From Tubulanus polymorphus (taxonomy: Eukaryota; Animalia; Nemertea): a stretch of DNA of 64,000 nt. Shown piece by piece: positions 1 through 12,800 of the stretch. The stretch is taken from contig NC_134029.1 in assembly GCF_964204645.1 (NCBI RefSeq), positions 16,486,950 through 16,550,949 of the forward strand, written 5' to 3'. Below the pieces are notes generated by a model, which did no database searches, was not told the origin of the DNA, and worked only from the letters and a program-made list of their open reading frames with translations. The first letter of the stretch is position 1. Every line of letters begins with the position of its first letter. A program made the translations under genes and the position numbers.

Positions 1-77
1 AAAATGTCGGTAAAATGCCTGGTACATATTTAACCAGGGTACCAATGAGTCAATTTTTAGCCCACCTGGGACTTCTC

Positions 78-147
78 TTATTAGGGTTTTCTGTTACATC
101 ACAGAAAACCCTATTGAGATTCGCGTGTTTCTTATTATTATTATTTT
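78..147 (-). mobile_element. End of a second Helentron/HINE-like repeat family (AGGGTTTTCTG...CAGAAAACCCT hairpin plus (TTA)n)
   Basis: The hairpin and tattgagatt tail recur at about 54352-54392 and 54403-54463. Here it directly follows a TTTTTAGCCCACCTGGGACT HINE start at 54. Confidence 0.5.
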
Positions 148-1520
148 ATGTCACACTATTTTCACTAAAAGAACTAAGGCTTTGTTACCTTGCCGCTGTT
201 GTCGATACAATCCGTATGATATCGTTCAGCTCACTGAGATCTACAAATACTCCGCGTGTTTTTTCATGAATCATCGTTACAAAAGCACTGTCGGGCCGTA
301 AACATTGAAAATTTAGCCCCATTCAATGGGGCGACATGTTTTTCGAGTCATCATCCCGAAATCAACCCGAAGGCCGATTGTCACTTCGATTATCAATTCT
401 AGTTTAAATGAACTAATTTATTGCCACAGACTTCACATTCAGCCGCGGTCTTCAAACAGTAATTTTAACAATAGCCCATTTTCCTCATCAAATCATATTA
501 CAGATACACTGGAAATTTACTACTTTAGATTTTAAAAGCACTTTCAAGCCGTAAACATCGACGAATCGACGTGTGTCACTACATCGTCGTTCCGGGGATC
601 AGCTGCGAGTTTCTCCTCATCATGAGAATCAAATCGAGTACAAATTAATTTGATACTACCAGTGATTTGGCTGCGGGTTTCAAGGAGTTAGTTTAATAAT
701 ACCTATTTTTCTTTACCAAATTAACCGTGTATTTACTAAGATAAATCTTTAGTGTACCGGGGAGTCGTAGGCCTAAACTAAACACGCCGAAGATATAGCG
801 GAGAAAAGCTGTTATGTCGACGAGGTATCAAAATAAAAGAATATATTACTTTATTCGGCCGCGGGCTTCAACCTCTATATCAATACCATCAATTCTCTAT
901 ATTTCCTACAGTACATACCGATCATTGTCAAATGCACAAGGTATTTACTAAATACAAGTATATAAAACACTCTTATCCGTATGTTGGACTCACACTTGAC
1001 ATTCGGAGTAAGCGTTCGCTGTGGGGGAAAGGAGATCGTTCGCTGTGTCGCTTGAAGTGTTAAACGAGTTTTACTCGACCTTAAGGCTTTAGGCCTACCG
1101 GTACTGACATTTACTGTCTCAAACAAACACAGTATAAATGTTGCGTTTATTAACGGACTCATTGGATTGAACTTCAAAACAAAATTTACGATATTTAGGA
1201 GTGTTGTTATTCAATAGGCCTACGACAAATCAGTCCGGATGTTAGGCCTACGCATATACATAGGCTTACATAGGCTAGTAGCCTCTACTAGGTTAAAGCT
1301 AAGTTCACTGTATAGGAGGAACCAGATTTATTAAAATGCATTTTAATTAGTGATTAACTGGTTCTGACTTGCAACGATCAATCGCAATTATCTATTTCAT
1401 TGGCAAAAATGAAGATTTGTTTTGAAAATTTCGTCTGAGCAGACAGCTTTATAAGCCAGACTTTTCATTTGAGTTTTTTCATCATAAATGAAACTGGTAT
1501 TTCATTAATTCCTAATGAGT

Positions 1521-1844
1521 TTAGGCGGGCGTAGGTCAGCTTTGCGACGGCTTGTGACTCACTGCGACGCCATTGACTGCGACTGCCAGCGACGATTGTG
1601 TCACAACGACTCATCGACCTACGCTCCCTTGCGAAGGGTTGCGACTGTCAGCAACGCCAGTTTCAAGGAGTCACACGTGTTCTACTTTCTGCGACGCGAC
1701 ACGACTGTCACAACCGACCTACGCGCTCTTGCGACTGGCAGAAACTAGTTGCACACAATCGTATCGCAACCGACTTGCACCGAAACTTGCGATGCAACGC
1801 GAGGATCGCATCGCGTCACAAGGCCGACCTACGTCCGGCTTTAA
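1521..1844. mobile_element. PIF/Harbinger-like MITE
   Basis: Imperfect ~27-bp TIRs (aggcgggcgtaggtcagctttgcgacg / cgtcacaaggccgacctacgtccggctt) with TTA/TAA flanks and internal TGCGAC repeats. Confidence 0.6.
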
Positions 1845-1848
1845 GTTA

Positions 1849-2420
1849 CTGCGGAGCCCCAGAAATATCTTTTTTTTCGTTCAAATGACCTTTCGCTTGA
1901 AAATTCTTTCGTCGAAACAAAATTTATTTCGTTCCAACCAATAATATTCTTTTCGATAGTACCAATTCGAAAAATCGTTAGAACAAAGTTGAACAAACTT
2001 TTTTTTCCAAACAAAATGTTTTTCGTTCGAACAATCGTTCGATCGAACAGAATCGTTTTAATTTGAACAGAATTTTCTTGTCAGAACATTAAGTTTTTCG
2101 TTCGAACAAGTATATTGTAAAAAGTTTTTTCTCCGAACCAAAAGTATTAAGTATTTCGTTCAATCGAACAGAATTGTTTTCATTCAAACATTCGGTCGAA
2201 AAAATTGTTTTTGCTCAACCAAATTTTTTTGCCGGGACAAAAAGTTTTTCATTTCAACAATTACATAGCTTTTCATTCGAACACATTTTTTGTCTGAATG
2301 AAGAAAGTTTTGGTTCAAAAAAAGCGTATTGTTCAACCAAACTGAATTGTTTCCACTCGAACACGATTTTTCTTGTCGGAACATTAAGTTTTTGGTCGAA
2401 CAGCGTGTTAAGTTCGTTTT
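1849..2420. repeat. Degenerate TTCGAACA-type tandem array headed by TGCGGAGCCCC (array-bearing non-autonomous element)
   Basis: Many ttcgttcgaaca/tcgaacag variants separated by A/T runs. Confidence 0.6.
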
Positions 2421-2922
2421 GGAAATTTACTCGGCCTGGTATATTTTGGATTACTGTATGTCATTTGTCAGGACATTGAACAGAAGACGACCTAGGATAC
2501 TGCCTTGCGTGACTCCACTAGTTAGACCGACTTATTCCAAAATGAGGCGTTCCGTTGATTTCGACTACAAGTTTTCGTTCAGAGATAACTGCTGAGCCAT
2601 TTGGGTGACCTATCATTGATACTGTTTCCTAATAGCCTGTTTAGTTAGTAATGGCTGATGTTGTGCCTTATCAAATGCTTTGTCGAAATCCACCGTTGAA
2701 CAGGATTCTAAGACTGTGCAGAAAACCCGTTATCGCTGCTTTGCAGCTATATTCTAACATTTGATTTTGCAACATATTAGCAGAGCTCACCATATATGCA
2801 CTTTTTTGGATAACTCTGCGATTAATTGCTGGTTCAATGCCACAAACTTATTTTTACGTCTGATTGAATGCAAATATCAACAATCAACTCAATGAACACT
2901 ATAATTATGTGATTATTTTCAG

Positions 2923-5900
2923 CTAAAAGCCAAGTTTATAAAGCAATTGGAAGATACAGAGGAATGGCTCTATGATGATGGCTCAGATCAAAAAAAAAAT
3001 GTTTATATCGAAAAGTTAGCCGAAATGAAGGTAAAATTTGACCTTGGTTCAAGTCAGCTATGTCTAATTATTACGGTATTTTATTCATGCCATTACATAC
3101 GTATTTTGCGAATTGATATTTTTATAGAAAAAAGGAGATCCAGTATGTATGAGATACTATGAGTGGCAGGAACAGCCAGCAGCATTTCAGGATCTCGGTC
3201 GGTCATTACAGATGATTCAAAAAGCGGTTGATTTATATGACACAAAAGTAAGTCCCAGTTGAAATTAGGTCCTAGGGCTCATTCTAAAAAACGTATTAAC
3301 ATATTTGTGCTAACACCAATGTAATGATTGTGGCACAGTATGCAAAATGGCCACGTGAGCTAAGGGTTGCCGAAAATTCTGATGAGCCCCATGGATGTTG
3401 TATATACTACCTACATAACTTACTGCTGCTACGCTTCAGTGAATTTTTGGGATATTGGGTTTATTCAATATCCGAAATAATCGGTGGGTGGGCGAGCAGA
3501 GAGTTATCTCGGCAGATTTTTAATGCCCTCATTTACGTGGGCTGGGGCGTCGGAAATTTTGTATCGCTGGGATCAGGGAATGACTCACTAGTTAGTCAAC
3601 AGCCATCACCTTGTGGTTTCGTTTCAATAAATAATATTGTATAAAAATTTGTATTGTATGATTTCTTTGATTATCTACGGTGTGTTAATAGAAAATGGCT
3701 TAATTATACAATGAATTCGTTTTGAGTTCATATTGAGTGCCTTGAAGAAAAATGAAAATTCCTTTAATTCACTTATCCGCCAGGCTTGATTGTCGGTCAG
3801 AATTGCAGACGTCTCGATGGTGGCGGATAACTGGGAGTTGACTGTGTCTACCCCAGACACATCTGTGGCTCAAAAATTGGGCGTTTTTGTTTGGCAAATC
3901 AACAGTTCATTGAGCTGATTTTATGGCTGCCGATATTTTCTGTCTCTCGATTGGTACCAATGGCTTTCAAGCAACCTGTCCCGTCAGGCCCTTTGTAAGT
4001 TTTTCTGTGAAATTGTAACAACGCAGCCACACACATGTGTAAAAGGCATTCTTTGAACTCCGTTGCCAGTCCTGAATCAATCTTCACTAAAACGTCTCTC
4101 TGGAAGACTTTTCTAGTCAGCGAATATATGTGGTGAACTTTTAAGCGAGCGTATTTTCTTGGAAATTTTAATATGTGAATCTTAGGAGAACTGAACGTGT
4201 TTACAGGACCTTATGATCCTCTTGTTTTGGACTAGACCGCCACAGGGTGCCTTTGGGGGTGGGGCCCATATTTCTTAGCTCTTGCGTATAAAACTGCAAT
4301 GACCTCGATTGGGGGCATCGTCTCTACGAGCGAATGTGATTTGCTGTTTTTGGGATATAGGGGGAATTCTGGTGCTACTAAAATGATTATGGGAAAGCCA
4401 TTAATGGCGAATGTTTCATTGGACAAGGTTCTGTATATGCGCGAATTTTAAATGCTCATTGCTGGTGGGAATATAACTATTTCACATATCACCAAAGGTA
4501 TTGTTTCATTTTAATACCCGGTGATTGTGTTGATTGAGATTGAAGTGGAGCGAACGTTCACTACACAAGGCCTCCACATGCGCGGGAGCGCTAACATTAG
4601 ACTGTTGCACACACAAACACACGCTCATACAGACTACTATATGGTGATGCTGTAACGCTGCTTGGCGCGTGCACGTTTGGTATGATAACAGGCTGAATAA
4701 TCGTCGCAGCAGAAGATGAGCGCTGTGTTTTCTGTTTGATAGAATTTGTTATAAATTGTAATTTCTTGTGACCTGAAAATACTAAGCAGCAAACTAGAGG
4801 TATAGGTTGAGGTCTGAATACTGTAGTGGTAAATTCGAGGATTTAAAACGATCTAATACTACGCCCCGGTGTTTTGGCTTCCGCGGCCATACATTGGAAG
4901 AGGTTTTGTTTCCAAGACTCAGTATTCAGCCACCCTCTGATATGTGACATCATATGAATTTTATTTGAATATTTTTTCATATTGTGAAAAATATTTCTTT
5001 GAAAATATAGAATAGTTTCCCTGCCGCGCCTACCTGTACCCTATGAAATTTTGGGCGTAGACCATAAAAAAATATTTATCTATGGTCTTATTTGACTGCA
5101 AAATAATTCTTTAAGAAAGATAAAATACAATGTAAACTTCTAGAACTTAGAAGTCACGAATTAAAAAGATTTTTCAAGCAATGCCCTTACTCCAAACAAC
5201 CGCTAGCTTTCAAGGTAAACCACACTTTGCCCATGGGTAATTTATTATCTATGTTGATCCGTGTTGATCCTTAAAGAATAGTCCTGAGAGTAACTTTCAG
5301 TTAGCTCTTGGTGTCACAAATTGTAACCACTGGATATACACAACTGATATTTTGTCATTGAGAGAGAAATAGGGGTTGGAATTAACATGGAAAGTTTCGT
5401 CTATCAGCTCTAAGCCATCTGGAAGTACTGAGAGAAATTGTGCAAAATTTCAATGAATTTTCCCCCATTCTACTTATTGATGCTTGAACTTATTTCCTGA
5501 TAATGGCATCACTGAGAAAGCCCTCCTGGTTGGAGTTCTGAAGCACCGATCAACTGTCAGACTGATCGACTGTCTTGAGGTTTCATATGTATCCTTCTGG
5601 GTTCATCATCACAAGAAAATTTGTCTCAGTAGGCACGTAGATGACCGATTTGTTCCAAAAAAGGTCATTTTAGGTCATTACTCTTTGGCCCCAGATTCTT
5701 TATGGCTGAAGCTAGAGAAGCTTGTCAAGAGATCTTTAGCATAGACAGACAGGTTTTTGGATCAGCCAATTTTTCACATAATCAATGGCCATCTCAGTTT
5801 TCATCAGTTCTAGTTTATATCCGGAGAATGTTTTTTAGGAGGGAAATATCGACATATTCCGACTTATAGTCTCGATATCCAATGATTGTTAGTACTGTTA

Positions 5901-6643
5901 ATGGATACATCACACATGGAATTGAGATTACCAAGTGTATTGTTCTCACCAACTGGGGAGTTAGATAATGAAATGTATTGAGTATTACAATTTGTATTGC
6001 CTAATGCTTATTTTGTGAGCACAATTAATAGCAAAGTTGTAGATCATGGCATGTTCTAATGACCGTAGTGATTTTAGAGGTTATTTGTTTCTACAGTCAG
6101 GGGCAAGTAGCATCACCGGTACCTCAATTGCAGTGGTTGGATGTTCAAATTGTAGCTTAGGTTTCGAATCATTTTGGTAATCAGTTTCATACGTAAATTT
6201 TCCGTTTGGTTTTAGGATGAAAAATATAATCATATAGAATCAGGTGAAATTGATAAAGTGAGAAAGTGGTTGGAGGAGCGACAGAAATGGTATGAAGAAA
6301 ATATGAATAAATCAGCGGGAAAAAAGAAAACCGATGATCCGATAGTCAAGGTTACACAAATCAGGGATAAAGTCAAGGTTTGTTATCAAAAGTATTGAGT
6401 GAACGTTTAGTTATTCATTTCGCGAATCTATGACATTTTTTTTTCTATTCATAGGAATTGGAAACACTGTGTAATCCAATATTAAACACACCTAAACCAA
6501 AAGTTGAACCCCCGAAAGAAGAGAAAAAACCAGACGTAAAATCCACTGAGGAGGCAAAGAATGATGGGGATTCGATGGAGACAGAACCAGCATCAGGAGA
6601 TGCAGCTCCAGATAAACCTACAGAACCTATGGATTTAGATTAA
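2923..6643 (+). CDS. HSPA4: HSP110/HSPA4-family heat shock protein (Hsp70 nucleotide-exchange factor), 3' four coding exons; 5' part lies upstream of the window
   Basis: Exons 2923-3030, 3128-3247, 6216-6377, 6455-6643, all with AG/GT borders and phase 0. They join to [42 protein letters not shown]...YDTK-DEKYNHI...DDPIVK...[23 protein letters not shown]...PMDLD*. The LEDTExWLYxDG, DEKYxH, [18 protein letters not shown] and terminal MD(I/L)D motifs are typical of HSP110. Confidence 0.93.
4272..5246 (+). repeat. Interspersed repeat, copy 1 (second copy at 62115-62854)
   Basis: Colinear high similarity from ttcttagctcttg(c/t)gtataaaa to cacactttgcccatggg(t/c)aatttatt; copy 2 lacks about 4519-4755. 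Confidence 0.85.
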
Positions 6644-6901
6644 CAAACAGTTAAAGCTATCAACTGAATTAGGATTAAATAATATGACAACATAGTTACA
6701 CAATCATTGAACAAAATAAATCCAGAAGCAGCATTTGTCATAATCAATTTCTGCTAGGCTTATTGTGTATTTAGTGTAATTAGCGCATGAATGTACATGT
6801 ATACCATACTATACAATCAGCCTTTGGCATGTGACTCCTCGTTACAGTGTATTATAGTATCCCCTACACCATATGATTACTTGATCTGAATCAATGGTTT
6901 C

Positions 6902-7201
6902 CAGCGACGGATCCAGACTTTGGTAAATGTAAAATGTACCACGGTCGAGATATTGGGTACCATTTTAAATGCAGATAGATCACGGAAGTTTTTCCATCCA
7001 ATTTTTTACCACTCACTAGAATTGATAACGCTATAATTTAAGTAAGGCATACCCCTGAAAGCTGCTACAAGACTGTATCAGCAAGATGTTTAGCCCAGAA
7101 TGCATCAGTTATGAGGGGTGGAAAAGAAATAGAGGATGATTTGTTTCTGTGCCCCTTTCTTTTGCTACTATGGTCAGAAGTCACCCTTGGATCCGCCCCT
7201 G
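6902..7201. mobile_element. Non-autonomous DNA transposon (CAG-terminal, hAT-like) downstream of the HSP110 stop codon
   Basis: TIRs cagcgacggatcca / tggatccgcccctg; GTTTC on both sides (6897-6901, 7202-7206). Confidence 0.6.
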
Positions 7202-7731
7202 GTTTCATTGTATTTTCTGTATTTTAATCAATTTCGTGCATACCTTATTGATCTGTTTAATCCGGGGAATAAATTATTTTTCTCTGCTCAGCAACTAGGA
7301 TTTTATGTGCTTTATTTTCGTGGAAAGGAAAACTTGGCACAGTTCAAATACACTTGGCTTCTATGTACATATACAGTGCATTGTACTTTATTATTAATCT
7401 GTCAGCCTCTGAATCTTAAATCCATATTGAAGTAAATGTTCAGTAGTGGATAGTCTTTATGCTTGTATCTGCCGTAGACACATCTTCACTAAAAAAGTTG
7501 GCCAAAACCGAATCGAAATGTCATGATAAGACATTGTTGATAAATTGGAGCAAGCAAAAATTTTAGAATCTGTACAGTAAAACTTGTGGGGGAAAGTGTA
7601 GTGTTCAAATGTGGATAGAATAGCCATGAAATCAATGATTGTGCAGAGTCCTAACTTCATTGCCTTCGTTGGCCAGGGCGTTGAATACACTCATACAGTG
7701 CTGCAGTCTTTTCGGAACTTTTGGTAACCGA

Positions 7732-8716
7732 TTTTAAGTTGGGGCTCCAGTCCCAACTGGCTATTGTGTTCACTTTTCATCTGTCTTTTGTCCATCTTCG
7801 ATAATCTTGATATTTCGTGTACACATGTATCCACCCTAGACACATTTGCACACCTGGCCCTATCAGATTCAAGATGGCCAACTGGTGGCCTTTGTTGTTC
7901 ACCCAAATCGACACTTTTTACACATTAGGTTTTTAAGGCAAAGTTTGAAGATGCCTTGACGACCAATTTCCTTGATGTTTTATATCCATATGTATCCTCT
8001 AAGGCGTATGATCATCTGTGACCAAAAAACTAATTTTTGGCCTGATTTCCATGATGGTATACTTTGGGAAGGGATCTTAAACATGTATATAAAAGCGTTC
8101 TGAAGAAAATGTCAACAGTCTTGATATATGATCAATTTCACCATTGTTATGGAACATATCTCTTCACATGGAATTGAGGTTACCCTGTATTTTGTACTCC
8201 CCACTAGAAGAGTTGAATTTTGAATTATATACAATTTTCTCTTTATATCAGTACCTATAATGCATATTTTGTAACAATAATCAATTGCAAATTTGTAGCT
8301 CGTGACAGGTTCCATGATTGTGGTGAGTAACAGAGTCATTGGTTTTTGTATATACTCACCACGGGGCATTGGATAACAGAATAACATGGTATTTCTGTAT
8401 ATACTGGTACCTAGGCATATTTTGTTACCACAAGCAATTGCAAAATTGTTGCTCATGACATGCTCTGTGATTATGGTGAGTTCCAAGGATTGTATTTGTT
8501 CACCAGGGGGCATTGAATAACGTCATGGTATTTCCATTTTGGTAGCTATGCATATTTTGTAAAAACAATTGCAAAATCTAGCTTGTAACATACTCTATGA
8601 TTGTGCCGAATTTCAAGCTCATTGATTATGTATTTTTTAACCAGGATGTTGAATATTAAATTGTTCGATTGTCAACCATTTCACCAAGTGGGCATGGTGT
8701 CCCTGGACCCCTAGTT
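7732..8716 (+). mobile_element. HINE (Helentron-associated, DINE-1/pearl-like) family copy
   Basis: Shares ggctattgtgttcacttttc, caagatggcc, the internal 154-bp units and the ccaagtgggcatggtgtccctggacccctagtt 3' end with the reference copy at 31620-32895. Confidence 0.8.
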
Positions 8717-9849
8717 TCAAATCTAAGCAAGTTTTTGGCCAGTGTAATCCTAAGAATGAATAACTGAAATACAGATAACATTTTATACCAAAAATTAATT
8801 GTAGCTGAATACCCGTCCAATGGACGGCTGTTTGCTATATTTGTATACCAAATATTCACTTTTGGCCTGGAAATGTATCTAAATGCCTCAAATGTTAAGA
8901 ATTCTTAGACCCTTGCCCCTGTCAGTAACCTGTCTTGAGTTTGATTTCACGACCATATATTATCACAAATACCGGATTGTAAGAGTTTACCACCAACGAT
9001 TAGGTCACTACTCTACTAGCTACCAAAGGCCTTACCCCCTCTATCAATTTTGATCCAAATTCTGGTACCGAATTTTAACCCTGGCTCAAAATGAATATTG
9101 CGACTTCCTCGGACCACCGATCTTTTATATGCATGTAACTTGATGATGGGAAAAACTGGTGTTAAGTGCCAGTAAATGGACATTAAGTACAAACATTAAT
9201 TTCCCTACAATGCATTGCGGGAATTACCGTCGGCTGTTTTGTTTTATAATCAAGATTATCACAGCCTGTTAAAGAGGGTATCCAGAGGAAAATTTTGACA
9301 AATTAGATGCATTTAGGTGTTTCTGAGTAGAACTCGGCTGAAAAAGAAGGGTGTGCGCGCCCTCCGCGCATCCCCGGGATCCGCCACTGCTATTGAACTG
9401 AGAAATTCTGTTTTACCTTTCTTTCCTTTTTTTAATTTGATATCTGAGACAAATAGAAAACGATATGTCAAGCAATCTGACCCATGCATTGTCTACTGTA
9501 CATAATAACTGAAATTAACAATTATTATTACTAGTCATTGGTGTAGAATAAAAGGGGTGTTTTACATTTTATAGCTCATTTGATTTATGAACAAACAACA
9601 AATGGCTTGTGAAATCAAGTGCTCATGCTACTGGTAATAGTGATAGATTGATGGTCTTTTTTTTATTTATTCAAACTATGGTACATTGATTGCGTCGATC
9701 TGTGAAATTGTGGCTGGTCAAATAAAAACTTTATTTCAAAATGTTTGTTAAATTATTCTGATTTTTGAAACGATATGTACATTACAACGACAAATCAATA
9801 GAAATTTAGTCGATATGTGTATGTATTACTACTATACTGGTACATGTAC

Positions 9850-12800
9850 TTATTCGTCGTAAAATGAAACACTCCTAGAATTGTTGGTTTCATTGTCAGA
9901 TGACATTCGAGGATTAGTTGGAGCATTATCCATTAAGTCAGGGGACATAGAATCCAATCTTTGTCTGTAGTACCTCATTTTAAACGGAATTAGAGATATC
10001 GGAGATATAACACAAGTTCCAAAAAATATCCATAATGTCCATTCTGTTCCTGAAATATGAATGGAGAGAACTACAATAATGTTTATTGGGGAACGTGTGG
10101 CAGTGTTTTACTTCTTAAAAAGAAACAAAAACAGAAATCTGCATGCGGGATGCGCGTTTTTATTTTCATTTTTTTACTGACGGACCTTTTTGACGCACGT
10201 GGAAAATGAAACTGACGAGCAACAAGCAATTTTTGCATGGATTGCGTTGCCTAAGTATTTTTCAAAAGTTTGAGAATCCGACTCTGAAAGTCGGAAGATC
10301 GCCCAGTCCCAAAACATCCGACTTGCACGATTAGCTTTTATAAGACGGCATTTCCAGGTATCAGTATGATCTCGATCTTTTCCTCAGACGTTCAATATGA
10401 AATACAGAGAGAATCGCACAATAAAAACGGAAAACAAAGTCCGAACATGTTGCCTTGAGTTGTTGTTATTCGACTTTCGACTAATATTCTATATGTAGTC
10501 ATCTTCAGGAATAACTGATATAAGAATACAATGCGGATTCTCTTCGTATACATGTATTTCATAATGAACGTCTGAGGGAAAGATCAAGAAGTACGGTAGT
10601 TAATTGAGGTACCTCTAAAACTCCATATTTTACTGTAGAAAGTTAACATCCATGTGGGTGAAATGAACTACATGTATTCTCAAAGCATGTACAATATGAG
10701 ATTGGTACCCAATCCACTACGTACTTCGCGTTCTGTCCTGATCAGGTGTAATTACCTGTAGATGGCACGAGAACCGGTAGAAATAAATAAATCAATGTGA
10801 TTACATTCATAGCTATCAAAGGACAGAGCAAAGCAATTCCTTCGGTGACTGGGTAAGCTAACTCGCAGGTAACTTCCAAAGATAGTGGAGCTAAACTTAT
10901 ATAACACATTCCAATCAGAGTTACTGATACAAATATCGTCACTGAAAATAACAAAGTACACGCAGTTTACCAAACTTTCGAGCAAGTGTCTCCTGGAGGT
11001 TGTTGAATCTAAGGTTGAATCATTAATTTACCGTGATTATATGGCATGATTTTCGTAGATTGAAGAGTGAATAACAGGACTATAACAGTTCCTAAACTAC
11101 TTAGAACCGATATCTTCGTTTTCATGTGACCTTTTACAAGATCTGTCAATCTTAAAAATATAAAGAATACAATGTAAACAGTAGAGTTTTCGTAAACGAA
11201 TTGATACCGCTGCGAGTGAGTGAATAAAGGCCTATACATACCTGGCCATGATTATACCAACTAAATTGCCAACCACTACATTTACAAGCATCATTGTCCC
11301 TACTTCATTCTTTAAAAGAGACAATATGGAGAGAAAATTAACCTACAAACCTGCTTGAAATTATAGATCTGGCAGTTGAAAAAACCTCGATTCATATGAT
11401 TTATCATATTTTGACACAGATTATGAAAACTGGCCTGCAAAAGACTCAAGATCGGATGTGTATATTATCGATCGATCTTATATTATCTACAACGCTACCA
11501 TTTTGGAACCCATCACTGATAAAGAGATCTCGTGTCAAACGAACATAATCAAACGAGATGTGTCGGTGAAACTATTGGGGTGATAAATTAGTAGTTTACA
11601 TAACGGGGAGGGAAGCCAGAGTTCAGGGCAGTCGTCGCGCGTAAGACATTGAAGAGAAGATAGGTGAGAGCTACGAGCAATTAGATAATTGCATAATTGC
11701 TCGTAGGTGAGAGTAACGTGGGTATCTACGTACGGTAGGGTGGCTTGATATAGCGGCAGCCTTGAGCTCTGGTAAGTTCAAGTAGTGAACTCGTGACGTA
11801 TAACATAAGTCAAACCCGTTACATAGCTCGGTGGGATAGTATGACGAGATGATACGTCACGGGCTATGATACCGAGCTATGTGGAAGTATACGTCGCGAG
11901 TGGCATTGAAACAGCATAAAAAGGGAGGGTTTCAGTACAGTAAAAAAAGAAAAAATCTAGAAATAGGTAGGGAAGCTTAAGATAGGAGGCCGCAAGGTAT
12001 GCAGGAGTGAGGACTGTATTAAAAGCTGGTATTACAATAAAGGAAGAAACATATATCTACGAGAAGTCGTTAGTATTATTCTAGAGACAGTGGAATATCT
12101 CGAATCGGATCAAACACCCTAGAACGGATTAACTATAATCCTCGGAGGAGTTAAAACGACAACTACACGAGTGGAGCACAAACCCACACCACAACAAAAC
12201 GTCGTCCACAAGCCCAACCCTGATAGGCCTAAACTTAGAGGTCATTGGAACACTCATTTTTGGAATTTATCTTTTACAGTTTAACCCTTTCAATCCCCCA
12301 GTCGTTCCTGAACAACATGATATCTAGGGTACTGGTATTATGATCCCGGAATATTTATTTCCCGATGCTGTTGGAAAACAACTACATGTAGTGCGATAAC
12401 CATACTCAAACATGGTGAACAGATGATAAGATAATAAAACCCACTATTTACAAATTAAAATAAATTATATCACCTGACGACGATCTCTAGTGTGGGATCG
12501 AAACGTCGTGTTCTTATAATTAGATTGTTTCAATAAGTACATTCTCGATTTTAGATTTCTTTTAATTTGTAAATAGTGGGTTTTTATCTTATCAACTAAA
12601 TGTAGTATGCAATTCTGGGGCCAGTTGCTCAAAAGTTGTTTAAAGATAACCGGTCGTTAAATACCATAGTAACAATGAAATTTCAATTGTCACCATATCA
12701 ACTATCCACTGGTTAACTCTAACCAACTTTTGAGCAACCGGCCCCAGGTGTTAGATGTTTTTACCAGCTCACGATTCGGGTCAGGATAAAAATGGAGCGG

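Noticed and set aside
3273-3390. Possible C/D snoRNA in an HSP110 intron (gggctcat...CTGAtgagccc)
   Set aside because: No proper RUGAUGA C box next to the 5' stem and no recognisable rRNA guide; more likely a small inverted-repeat remnant.
8112-8513. Recurring ORFs such as MPPGEQIQ.../STPPGDHIQNP (also 32526, 57719)
   Set aside because: Antisense translations of the HINE 154-bp repeat, not a protein family.
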